This document shows positions 25,300 through 37,482 of a stretch of 64,000 bases of DNA, piece by piece. Each line of letters begins with the position of its first letter. The first letter of the stretch is position 1. The position numbers and the translations under genes are program-made. The notes below the pieces were generated by a model. It was not told where the DNA came from. It worked only from the letters and a program-made list of their open reading frames with translations, and made no database searches. This DNA comes from Rhizaria sp. SCN 62-66 (Eukaryota), in assembly GCA_001724265.1 (NCBI GenBank), contig MEDY01000006.1:1-64000 (forward strand), in the 5' to 3' direction.

Positions 25300-28200
25300 A
25301 TGTCGGCGCCACCTTGCTGCGGGCAGGGGTTATGTCAACCGTTTCACACAGTTCGAGCGTGGTTTGCTGCCTTCCGACGATTGAACTTGATTCGCTCCCG
25401 CCCTCTGCACTCCCTCCTTCTCCTCGCCTGCCTTGCCACACTCGCCGTACTAGTGCCCACCGTTACATCAGCCGTCACATCTCTGACTGATACACCTGGA
25501 TTTGCTATTTATGACGACTGCGGGCTCAGTTACGAGGACGCATCGGCCTTCAACACAGGCGCCGACTGCCATGGCTACTGTCCGTCTTACCCACCCACCG
25601 CGCCAGCGTCCCCCGCAGCGCCCGTCTTTGCCACCGCGTCCACCGCGGCCACGGGCGGCACCGAGCGCCTGTGTTACTGCCCCGCGTCGTCGGCCTCATG
25701 CTCGCCAGGCTCGTCCGCGCTCATCGCCGCGCTGCGGCGCAAGCCCACGGTCACTGTCGCGACTGCAACGTCTGCGGTAAGCGCGGCTGAGGCGGCGGCC
25801 GCGGGGGCGCGGCGGCCGCAGCAGTCGCTGTCACTGCCGCCGTCGCGCTCGCTGGTTGGACTGGTGGATACGCTGCGGCTGGAGGCCGGCTTGTTCACCC
25901 TAGAGGCGCAGTCCCGCGGGTGGCGGGATCCGAGTCTGATGTTGACTCTCCCTGAGAAACAGACGCTGACGCCTAGAGACTCCGAGTCACAGAAACAGCA
26001 ACGGCAACAGTTTCTAAGTCGCAGCGATGCGGTTACAAGTGGGCATTCCACTGTTTCGACAACTGCTGCTGCTTTTGCCGAGACAGCTGCTGCAACGTCC
26101 TCTCTGACTGCTGCTGCGGCGACGGTTGTTCTCGGCATGGCCGACGCACTTGACGCCAGGGCCAGCACTTCACCGCCGTTTCCCTACGACGCTCCATTGC
26201 CGTTTCCCCTATCCGCAACCACGGCGACTGCAGCAGCAGCCGCCGTTGCTGCGACCGCTTCAAGTGCGAGCGCGAATGCTGGAGCGAGTGCACCTGCGTC
26301 GGCGTTGTTCCCGCTGCCGCCGCAGCTCGCAGTCACTGCCGCTGGCGCCGCGCGCGCAATCCGTGCATCTCCGACCGGCGGGGCTGTGCGGCTTAACTTC
26401 CCCGTGCCCACGGTCACTAACCCACATCCTCTCATCACAATCCCGCTTCCGTTCGCGCTCACGCAGCCAACAGCACAGTCAAGTGCGAGTGCGAGCGCTC
26501 ACAGCCCGCTGTCTCCGGCCCACAGTCTCTCTCTGTTCGGGCTCTATGCGTCGTCCCTGCACATCTCTCCCACGGGGCTTGTGCTCCTCGCCCCGGCCGC
26601 GCCGTCCCCGGTCTGTCTCGACTCGTTTCTCTCGTCCTGGCGCACCGACCCGGCGGCCCGCGCCCCGCGCTTCACGGCCACGGCCGCCGCACCCAGCGCC
26701 GCCGTGCGCGGCGACTGCGAGCACAACCCGCCCTACGGCACAAACGCCACCGGCTGCGCCGCGCCGACCGCGGCAGAGCTCGAGGTCGAGGCGGGGACGC
26801 CGGGAACACCTGAGACGGCTGAGGTCGCGGACGGGGCGTATGAACAGTTTTCCGTGCCCGCGCTGCCGCTGTGCGACTTTGTGGCCATTGCGGGCGGCGC
26901 GACCGATGTCGATCTCATGGGGCTTGTCACTGGTACCGCGGCTTATAACGTGACGAGCACGGGTACTGATGTTTCTGTCCCTACTCCTGCTGTTGTGCTG
27001 TCGTGGGACGCGAGCTCGGTGACTGTGAGCTACCAAAACTTGCGCCGTGCAGTTCCCTACCTTTCTGCATCCTGCTTAAGCTCTCCAGGCTCGGATACCT
27101 CCGATGACTGCGAGCTGGCGCAGCGTGTGTGGACTTCGCCGTCAATGCTCGTGTCGTCCTCTGTGTCTGTGACAAGCTCGGGTGCGGTGCTCACGGCATC
27201 CGCAGGAGAGTCAGCCACGATTACCAGCACTGACTCCGACGCTGGCGCTGCTGATGAGGACTCCAGTACGTGCAACGCTGATCCATCGAGTGAGACCGTG
27301 ACTGTCTCGGCACTCATGACTGCGTTTATGAATACTACCGGTTCTGATGATAGCGATGATGCCATAGCAACCAAGTTGTTCATTGCCCGCTCTCTCGCAT
27401 GGTCCCGACGTCGCGCTTTTGACATTGCAACTTTCTTGCCTGTCACAAGCAATAACGCTGCGCAACACCGCAACGTGTACTTGTCGTCACTGAGCGAGGC
27501 ATCATACTCCCGCTTTGTGGCGCCCCGCAACAGCGTCAACGGAAGCACTGTGCTTTCTGACTCTCGATGGCCATTAGACAGTACGATTGCCTCTGGCAGT
27601 CCCGAGACTGACGTTACGACTGCGGACAACTTCAGCTTCTCGAGCTCAAACACGACTGCAAGTGGCAATGACGACGATGATGAGGATGAGAACGTTGACA
27701 ATCGCCGCGTGAAGCGACCTTGGTTTGCCGGTTCCATCCGCTTTCTGATGTCCCCTCTCGCGCCCCGGTCGATCCCGCTGCCTCTCGTCAACGCCACCGC
27801 CACCGCGGCCGCGTCTGCGCCCCTGTCGGCCTCCGTCGCTGCGGCCGCCTGCTCGCCCCCGCACGCGCTCGCACCCGCCACTGCGCGCGCGGCGGCCTCG
27901 GCGGCGGCCGCGGCGGCGGCGGAGTGGCTCGATGCACGCACGCCGGCGACTGCGGGCGGGTGGGCCTGGTGCATGGCGGCCTGGCCGGTGCGATCGTCGC
28001 TCACAATCAGTACCAACACAACAGACTCATCGAGCTCGAGCGCCAGTGATGTGGGTGCTGCGTATAACTCTGCGACGGGAGCTCTGTTGGCGCCTGCACC
28101 CGCGCTTGCAACTACCACAGCTCTGAAGTGCGTCCCTGCGACGACTTCAAGTTCTGAAACACCTTCACTTGGCCTGACTCCACGAGGTCTCACTTTGTTC

Positions 28201-31200
28201 TGCCCGTTCCCGCGGTCGCTGCGCCCGTTCGCACCGTCAGCCCTGCACACCAGCACAGTGCTCGCAGGGTCCCCGTGGGGCGTGGCGGGCTGCTTGAGCG
28301 CGCCGCCGCGGTGGTCGTGGACCGGCGACACGACTTACACGGCTGAGGTATCCGGATCCACTCAGCAGACCGTCACTGCGATATCACCGACGCGCGTTGT
28401 GTCATTTCTGCTGCCTTTGCTGTCCTTTTCATGCGTGTTCGGCCATCAACAAGGTCTGAATGTCCCGTTTCCTCCAGCACTCAGCACTGGCAGCGGCGCG
28501 ACGTTCGACGCCAACCAAACTGTGCCTAGCTACATTACGGCAGCACCCGCTGCGACGCTTGTTACTGGACTGAAGTACATCCCCGCAATGCACGCACTCG
28601 AGTGCCCGCTGCCGTCTGTGCCGAACTTCATGGTTATCAACGGCGGCTTCTCACAATACTCAGTCCCACTCGCAGTCGCAGCGTCACTCCGCGAGCCCGC
28701 TGCCACAGTCACTACAGATAGCGGTGGCGACGACGCAACTGCGGATGATTTCGCCCCGTCGGCCCGCGCGTTTGCGTCCTCGGCACTCGGCTCGCTGGCC
28801 CCAGTCTCCCGGCTGGCCGTGCTGCCGCTGTCGCCGCTGCTGCAGGCCTACGAGTCCGCGACCGTGCCGTCCGACGCGCTGTACTCGGTGGGCCTGTGGG
28901 CCGGCGTGGTGCCGCGGCCGCCGCTGTCGACGGTGCTGCAGGGCGGCGTCGCGGCCGAGGATGAGGCGCCCGCGCTCGTGGCCAACGCGAGCACCTCGAT
29001 GCTTACGATCAATAACCTTGGCGCTCCACTGCGCAAGGCAGTTGACCCGATGACTCCCGCTGCCGTTGCTTCTCCTGGCTCTGCAATGCCGAGGAGTGCT
29101 GGGATGGAACTCACTGCAGTCACCCCGCGTATCGCGCCTGGAAGCACTGTGTATACCGCACTATGCACTGATTATTCTAACTCTGCGGGGTTTCTTGGCG
29201 TGCTGACTTCGCAGTTGTCTCAGATAAATTCGTTGCCTGTCCTACAGGCTCGGTCGCAGTTGCCAACGCAGCCTCCGTTTTCACACGAGCTGCTGTTTGC
29301 GCACGATGACAGTGCGAATGATGGCAGCAGCTTTACATTCGTGACGACAACGACAACAACAGCGACAGCGACAACCACAGTGACGACAACTGTGTTGACG
29401 TCAAATTCCACAGTGACGCTTACAGCGACTGGCCTCGTCGATCTTGCTATCAAGCAGGCTGCCGCGAGCGCGAGTGCGAGCGCGACAGGGGTGATTGTGG
29501 ACTTTGCAGTCGCGGACGCAACGGCGAATGACGCAGTGTCGTCGTTTCTCCGTAGTGTCGGTGCAGGCACCTACACAGCCACGCTCACGACAACAACCAC
29601 GACCACAGCGACGACGACGGATACGGGCGCTAACTCGGTCATGTTCGCAGACCAGGTTCACGAGTATTCTGACAACAGTGACGCTGACACGGTTCCGCTT
29701 ACTTTAGAAAATGCGGCAGCTGCAACAACCACATCAGATGCAACATCGACTGTGATAAATATCGATTCGCACTTAAACTTTTCCAAGCTGTTTCTTCTGT
29801 CAACGAAGACGCTCGCCCCGACTCTGCCACCCGTGACCTACATCAGCACAAGCAATAACGACGGCGGCACCGGCACCGGCGGCCTCTGCGCCCCCGACTG
29901 CGCCTCCATCCTCGGCGGGCTTGCGTCCCGCGACTCGTGCGGCCTCTGCTCTGGCGGCACCACACTGGTCACTCCCGGCAGCGCGCTCGACTGCGCCGGC
30001 GTCTGCTTCGGTCCGTCAAGCACTAATCTCGCGACTTCCTTCCACCCCATCGCGAAGTATCTCCGCGGCACAGCGCTTTCGCAGGAGGACCAGCAGTACC
30101 TCAGCTCCGTCCCACTCTCGCGGCTTGACTTTAAGGAGGGCGACTGCTTTTGCGACGACACGACCAACTCGCGCTGCCTCGGCTCGTGGTTCGCCATGCA
30201 GTCCGGGCCTGACACGCTGCCCGACGTCGTCGCCGACGAAATGCGGCTGCCGAAGCTCGTCATGACCGGCATCCTTGCCTTCATCGCATTGATCGCTCTA
30301 GCGGTCGGCGCCGCGCTGCCGGGCTTCCGCTGCGCGTGCAAGGCCGCGCGCTGTGGCTGGGTATACCGGCAGGCCGACAGGCGCAGGCGCAGGCTCCGGC
30401 GCTGGCTGCAGAAACACGGGTACGATCTCAACGCTGCCGCCACAGACCCCACTGCGCAATTTGATGACGCATCCAAGGATGGAAACAACTCTGTCGGCCC
30501 CCGGCGCGAGAACTTCGATTCCTACGATCCCGTACTGCCCCCCGCCACAACCGTTACTGCCGCGGCGCGCGCGGGCGCCGGCACTGGCCGCGCCGCCGTT
30601 TTGGCCGCGCACGAGGTCGCGCACGGCCGCTGGGTGCACGGGGCCGCTGGCGAGATCAAGCGCGCCCGCACCGGGTGGCGCATGCGGCGCCGCGACCCGG
30701 CGACCTCGCCACTCGCAGCCATTTTCGGCGGCGGGTACGGGCCCGGCGGCTACGTGGGCCGCCAGTACCGCGACGAGCCTGGCCAGCTTGGTCGCGCCGC
30801 TGCGCAGGATCCGGCCGACGCGCGCATTGCGGCACTGTGGGACTGGGTCGAGGAGGTGTTGCGCGCGTTGGCCGATGCGGGCGCGGCGTATGATCCCAAT
30901 AATCCTAACGGCGCGAACAGGACAAATGATGCCAACAACAACGGCGATGGCAACAACGATGCTAACGGTGGCGCCGAGCAAGGCGATGCCCATCATCAAC
31001 CGGTAAATATGGGCCAAGAGCAGCAACAGCAACACGGTACACCTGTTCACGGCGTTATCGTTGCTGTATCTGGTGGCCCTGGCGGTTACGACCGTTCGGA
31101 CGACGATGAGAGCGATGGTGGCGATGGCGGCAGTGCGAGTCAACGACGGCTCAACTTTATGCGCGCTAACCTTGTGTCTCACCACGGGCGCAACCGCGAC

Positions 31201-34200
31201 TCGAGCGTGCGTGACGGCAGCATTCGCCTTGGGCGCAGCGACAACGACAGCGACGGCGACGACGACAACGTCGGTGACAACAGCGGCGCAGGCGGTGGTT
31301 TTGACCCCGCCCGCTCTCAGCACAGTCACAGCGGCGGCCACAGTGCCACTAGCGGACGTCGCAGCGACGACGAAGAGAGTATGCTACCCGGCATGGTTCA
31401 AGAGCACTTTGACTCGCCCACACTTGGCCCCAACACACCATCACGCTCTCGCAACACGCGCTCAATCGGACACGCGCATCCTGGCGCTGCTACTGCAAGC
31501 GCGTTGTCATCACCCTCTGCTGCCGCTGTCGCTGCGGGCGCTGCTGTGGGACTGGCGCAGCTGCGTTTATCACCAGGACAGTCGTTCCGACTGCCGGGGA
31601 CGCCGAAATTTCCGCAAACGAACGCGGTGAATGCTTCAGCCAACGGTCGGTCTACGCTGCTTGGGCTTAGAGGCAAACCGCCGTTGTCACCGCTGCTGGC
31701 ACCGGGCGCACTGCCACGAACCCGCTCACAGCCGCAGCCACAGGGCTTGCGCTCTGCCCCCCAATCGCCACCGCAACAACATCATCAACTGCAGCAGCAG
31801 AGGACGCCTGCCTCGCCGTCGGCGTTGCTTCATCAACATCAAGAGCTTTTTTTGCCGCAGCTGGCGCCGACGCACGGCAGAAACAGCGCCCGAAGGACAT
31901 TGATGTTCTCCCCAACCACGCCGCCGCATCAACCCGTCACCGTGAGCTCGCCAGCCAGCAACGCTGCTTCAACGGAGCAGCAGCAACAACCCTTACCGCC
32001 ACCACCGTTGCCCATGATGCCATCATCGTCAGCGTCGTTTGTGCTGGCAACAAATCCCACAACTAGCGTATCGGCAAGTGCAGCTGCGAGCCCTGGTGCA
32101 AACCAGCAAACTGATCCTCAAGGCCATCAGGACCAAGAAGAGGAAGACGGCGTTCCCATCTTAGGGACCACTGCGAACAGCAACGCCGCGAGAGGCGCTA
32201 CTGTCTTGCAACCCGCATCAAGCACCAATCCGAACGGTGTCAGTGCCCGCGGTGCGAACGCGAACGCCGCCACTGTGACGAGTGGGTTGGACGCGCTGTT
32301 GCAGTCGAACGCCGCGATGAGCGCCTCATTGCTGCGCTCGCTTGCACGCCTCCCTGTGGTGCTGGCGTCCACTCTGCCGCCAGACTCGGCGCGCAGGCTT
32401 GGGCTTGAGCCACCACAAGATCACACATCACCGCAACCGCCGATGCTGTCGCTGCAACACCAGCAGCAGTACCAGTTTCACGTACCGCAGCAGGGGCAAC
32501 AGTCGCAGCACGTGACAGCAAGGCAGCAACACGGCCACAGCTCACGGCACCCGGCCGCTGCTGCGACGGCGCCTGTTGCGAACGCAGCGGCACCAGTTCC
32601 AGATCGAGCGTTAGTGCCTCATTATCGCGCCGATAGCAATAATTTCCAGTCTCTGTCACAGTTGCAGCCACCGCAATTCATTTTGCCATCTCAACAGCAA
32701 CAGCAGCAGCAGCAGCAACAGCAGGCTGCGCCATCACAGGTGGTGTCTCCTGACTTGTTGGGTTCGACCGGTGCGTTGACTGAGTGGCAGTGGCCGTGGC
32801 CGCGGCACGCGATGTCGCACGTCGTGGGCCGCTTCTCGCGTGTCATCTTGCCCAATATTCTGACACCGTTTGCGTTTGCTGCCACATAGAACGATGACGC
32901 CAATGCCCTTGACGGCCACAACATCGCTGCATCGAACGCACAAGGAACTGTCGGCGAGCGTCACGATGTAAGTGCCCACTTAGACGCTCAGCCCGACCCC
33001 CGCACGTGGTCTCAGCACCCCGGCGCGGTGGGCGACCCGGAGCTCCGCCGCCGGTCCCGCCTGCGGCAGCAGCACCCGCGCTCCGCGTTGGGCCCCGCGG
33101 CGACGCCCGTGACCATGGTCGCGTCGGTCGACGTTGCGCCCGTGTGGGCCCCGAGGTGGCTGCTGTGGGGAGGCGCGTGGGCGGAGATGCTCATGCCACC
33201 AGGGACACCGGTCGGGTCGGAGGGGCTTGGGCTTAGAAGCTGCAGCGGCACGAGCTCTGCGTCGTCGCCGTCGCCGTCGCGGACCAACTCGCGGTCACGC
33301 ACGCGCCGCAACCGCCGCCGCCGCCGTCGTGGTGACGATGATGCGAGCCGGAGGGCCGCCGCGAGCAAGCTTCTTAGAGTTGCGAACAACACCAATAGCG
33401 GCGCGACAATTTCTGGCGTCCACCAAGACCCGCTATCTGATGCTGACGCAGTCGACGACACGCACAGTCGCCGCAGGTCTCGGCGGCACCGCGCGCGCCG
33501 TGCCCGTGGTCGCGACGTGAGCGCTGCTGCTGGCGGCGGTGATGTTGCAGGCCGGCGTTACGCAGTCGGAGAGCGTGGACACGAGAGTGACCACGAGCCC
33601 TACGGGCGCCGCATGCGCAACTCTGCTGGCTACGATAACAACGGCGGTGCCGATTTCGATGATGATCATAGAGCCAGCGATAGCGGTACTGTCAGTGGCG
33701 ATGACAGCGATACAAGCGACGGCGATGACGGTGCGGACGGCGAGGCTCGGTTCAACTTGGGCTTCAGCAGCAGTGGTGTCATGGACAGCAACAACGCCAA
33801 CGCGTGGCCCGGCTCTGCTCGCCAAGTCCAGACGCCCGCTGCGAACCTGTTCAACAGGCACGCGCACCGGCGCGGCCACTCTATCAACGCGGCGCAGTCA
33901 GAGTCAGAACCAGATGCGCCTGCCAGTGCCGATGAGGGCAACGCTGTTGACGCACCCAGTGACTCTGACACTTCCGAGCAGCGGCGGCGCGTCGATGACA
34001 CGATATCTCACTTGCCGACGCTGCCGATATTGCCTCTGCACACAATCACAGCGGCGACCAGCAACACCAATGCGGGTGGCGTTGCCTCGATGACGCCCGC
34101 CCGAGGCAGCACTGTGGCTCCAGCTCCCCCGGGCGACAACGCCAATCTCAACAGCAGCAGCAACCACGCGGTTGGTGGCGGTGTTGGTGTTGCGTGGGGA

Positions 34201-35895
34201 ACCCCCCCTGCGCATGGCCACTCTCTTCAGACCGGCGCCAGTTCTGTTCACGGTCACTCTGAGGGCGAGGCCATTGACCCGCGGTCACCGCGTTCGGCGA
34301 TCGAAGTCCTTGATCACAGTTGTGTCCACGGCCACAATCATTCGCATCACGCGCATGGTCATCCATCTGCTCGTGCCCAATCTGTTGTTGATCCTTCGTT
34401 GCCTCCTGCTGCAGCCGCTGCAGCTGAGTTTGCGCTTGCAACGTCCCGCCGCCACCGCCCCGACACGCCCCGCTTCCCCGCTTCCGCCATTGCAGCGCAA
34501 CCCAACACTCTCGCGCCCAGTGACGGCACCGCAACCAATGGCAGCGCGGCACCCGCGCCCACTTATGGCGCATTGCAGGCGCAGCGGCCCCTCGCGGGCA
34601 CGCGCGCTGCCGTGGCTGCAGCCGAACGCGCCGAGGCCGCCGCCGCGCTAGAGCCCGCCGCGTACGCCGTGGTGACCGCGACGGAGGGCGGGGCGGACGC
34701 CATGCCGCGGCGGCTGCTGCTCATCAGGGCCGCGCCGCCGCCGGTGCTGGCGCCTGTTCCGGACGCGCCCGTCCGGTCCTACAGCCCCGCGTTTAACGAC
34801 CGAAGCTACGCCAACGCCGCGTCTGGTGACAGTCCGGCTGCTAACGCAATCAGTCCTCGCGATGGTGATGGTAGCGGCTCCGGTGCTGTCTCCGCACGTT
34901 CTTTTGCGTCTCCACGCTCTCCTGGTGACAACAATGATAACGCACCCAACAGTGGTCGTGGTGCTAATTCAGGGCCGATGTCTGCCCGTGCAGCTGTTCC
35001 CCACACACATGCGACTCACGCGAACCCCCGTGCTAACGTATATCCTCTTGCATCCGCGCCTGCGTACAGCGCCCCGTCGCAACCGCTGATGTCAACGACC
35101 GCCGCTGCCGCAGTTGCAGCCGCTGAGACGGCCCGTTTGCGGCAACAGCAGACAATCGCGACTGCGGCAACCGTGCTTGATTACACAGAGCGCGCGCTGT
35201 CACGTGCCCATGCGATTGAAAACCGCGCGGCGATGCTGCAAAGCCAAGCTGCCTCGTCGTCTCTGTCGCCCATCACAGATTCCGCTGTGCCAACTGGTGA
35301 TGTTGCTATGACATCGGCTGAAGCAGCGGGAGTTGCGTCACCGTCAGCGCCCGCAGCAGATGTCATTCTGAGTCCTTTCACTGCCGCTGCCGCCGCCGGC
35401 GCCGCTGCTGCCCGACTGGCCGCGCTTGTCCGCGAAGACGAGTGGGCGACTGCTGCTGCTGAGGCTGCCGCTGTGGCGGCGGAGACGGAGGCTGCGGAGG
35501 CCGAGGCCGAGGATGAGGCGACCGCGCTTGCTGCTGCGGCGGCGGAGGCGCAGGAGCTGGTGCGGGCACGCGCATATGAACCGTTCCCGCAGCCGTGGGA
35601 GTACGGCGACTACGGCGACGACGAAGAAGACGGCACCAACGCGAATGCGAATGATAATGGCGTCGCTGGTGATTTTGGAGGGAACGGGACCGGTGTTGGC
35701 CGAGCGAGGCGCAGTGGTGGGCATGCTGGGCGCAATGCTAACGACAGTAGTCAGGCTGCCGATATCAGTGCTGCTGCTCCGTCTAGGGCCTTGCCGGTGA
35801 CAGCGTCTGCTAGCCAAGGATTGCTGGGGACTGTACAGTCAACCGCGATCGTTGGCCAAGAAGAAGAGGAGGACGGCCGCAGTGGTAGGATTTAA
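25300..35895 (+). CDS. Very large (~3500 aa) predicted type I membrane protein: signal/hydrophobic N terminus, Ser/Thr/Ala-rich ectodomain, Cys-rich juxtamembrane module, one TM helix and a long disordered tail; in-frame TAG at 32887-32889
   Basis: ORFs 25207..32889 and 33028..35895 share a frame and the 46 intervening codons are open. Hydrophobic stretch LHSLLLLACLATLAVLVPTVTSA; Cys motif DCASILGG...DSCGLCSGG...DCAGVCFG; TM LVMTGILAFIALIALAVGAALP followed by basic residues. First ATG 25300; ends TAA. Confidence 0.7.
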
Positions 35896-36391
35896 AGCTG
35901 TGTGTTTTTTAATGTTATATAGTCACTTTATCAGTCACTCCTACACAAATGGCTTGACTTTAACTACTGTCGTACCGTAAGGACTGTGCTTGCGTGTACA
36001 TGTATATCTCAAACAGTTAATTATTATTTTTATTACACTAGTGTTTGTGACATAGATCTATACTCATGTGAAGTATATTTCATCTTCGGCTCTCATTCGA
36101 GACCAATACACGATTTCTTGACGTATCAATTCTTTCACGCGCACAATATGATGGTAGTGCTTTGACCCAGACATGAATCACTCGAATACATTCACAGATG
36201 GCTTTAACTTACTATATAGCAGAGCAAAACTCGCATATCCATCGCGATTTTACTATAAATACGCCTCCCAAGAGTTTTACACGCAACACGCCTCATGATA
36301 TCCAGCAAAGCGAGAATGCGTCAGTAACACACCCACCGCAGATAGCTATTCCTTGGCTGCCTCACACAGCGGCGCCCCGCAACCGCCTCGC

Positions 36392-37081
36392 TCACTTGCC
36401 CTTGCTCATCAGCTGCAGCGTGGGCACGGCGACGGGCACCGCGCCGGTCTCCAGGTCCATGTAGTTGATCACGTGCTCGGGGATCTCGATCGTAGCGCCC
36501 TCGAGCGCGGGGTGCACCTTACACTGGCACGCGAGGCGGCTGAAGTCGGTCGCGTCGGCGGCCACGTCCAGCATGTCGCACTCGTCCAGCGAGGGCGCGG
36601 GTAGCGCGGCGTAGACGGTGGGCGGGAGGATAATGTGGCAGGTGGAGCACTGGCCCTTGCCGTTGCAGGCGGCGACGATGAGGTCCACGCCGACCGCCTG
36701 GAGCGTCTTGAGCAGCGGGCGGTTCGGAGGGGAGCGGACCTCCTTGCTAAAGCCGCCGGGGCCGGTGACCGTGAACGTGACTGCCGGAGTATAAAATAAC
36801 CACATGTTTTCGACGAGAGTGCAACACAAGTGAAGTGTGAGTAAGCATGAACGATGGGATAATGCAGGAGGTCAGCAGGTGCGCGCGCGAGTGAAGAACG
36901 ATTGATTTAAACGTGGTATAGTGGACCAAGTTAGACAGAAGATATGCCACGTACCAACACTAGAAGAAGTGTCTGTAAAACGACGGGACTGCGCGGGAGC
37001 GGCGGGGAGTGCGGAGGCGAGCGAAGGTGCAATGGATGCGGTGCGAGTCGCGCAGCGATGCACAGCGCGGGACAGAAGCAT
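36392..37081 (-). CDS. Mitochondrial adrenodoxin-type 2Fe-2S ferredoxin. Exons 37081-36955, 36780-36392
   Basis: Presequence-like MLLSRAVHRCATRTAS...SRRF; cluster ligands ACNGKGQCSTCH and SRLACQ; DECDMLD acidic patch. Intron GTACGT...GCAG in phase 1. Ends TGA. Confidence 0.92.
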
Positions 37082-37482
37082 CTATAGAAAGAATTATTCA
37101 AGGAAATAAACAAAGTCTACAAGTTTAGAACAATATCTGGCATCTATACCTCTGAATCGAGGATTAGCTGAGTTATACTTGTTTGAATACGACGGGCCAG
37201 CGAGAGTCCTGTCTCGCGCCTGCCACAGGACCGAATGGCGGGCTTTTTTTGAGTTTAAATAGAAAGCTATTTTGATCGTCAATGCGACTTTTTGTGGGTG
37301 ATATAGATTTCAACAGCAAGGATCGGCATCTTCATCTTTTTATGTATCTATGGTAATCGCTCACGCTGAGATATTTTATTTTCAATTCATCAACAGCACC
37401 ACAGTACACAAAGCCTTAGAGCAGCTTCTGTCCAGCTTCACTCGAGCACCACCTTCACTCTTTCACACACCCAGACACTGCG

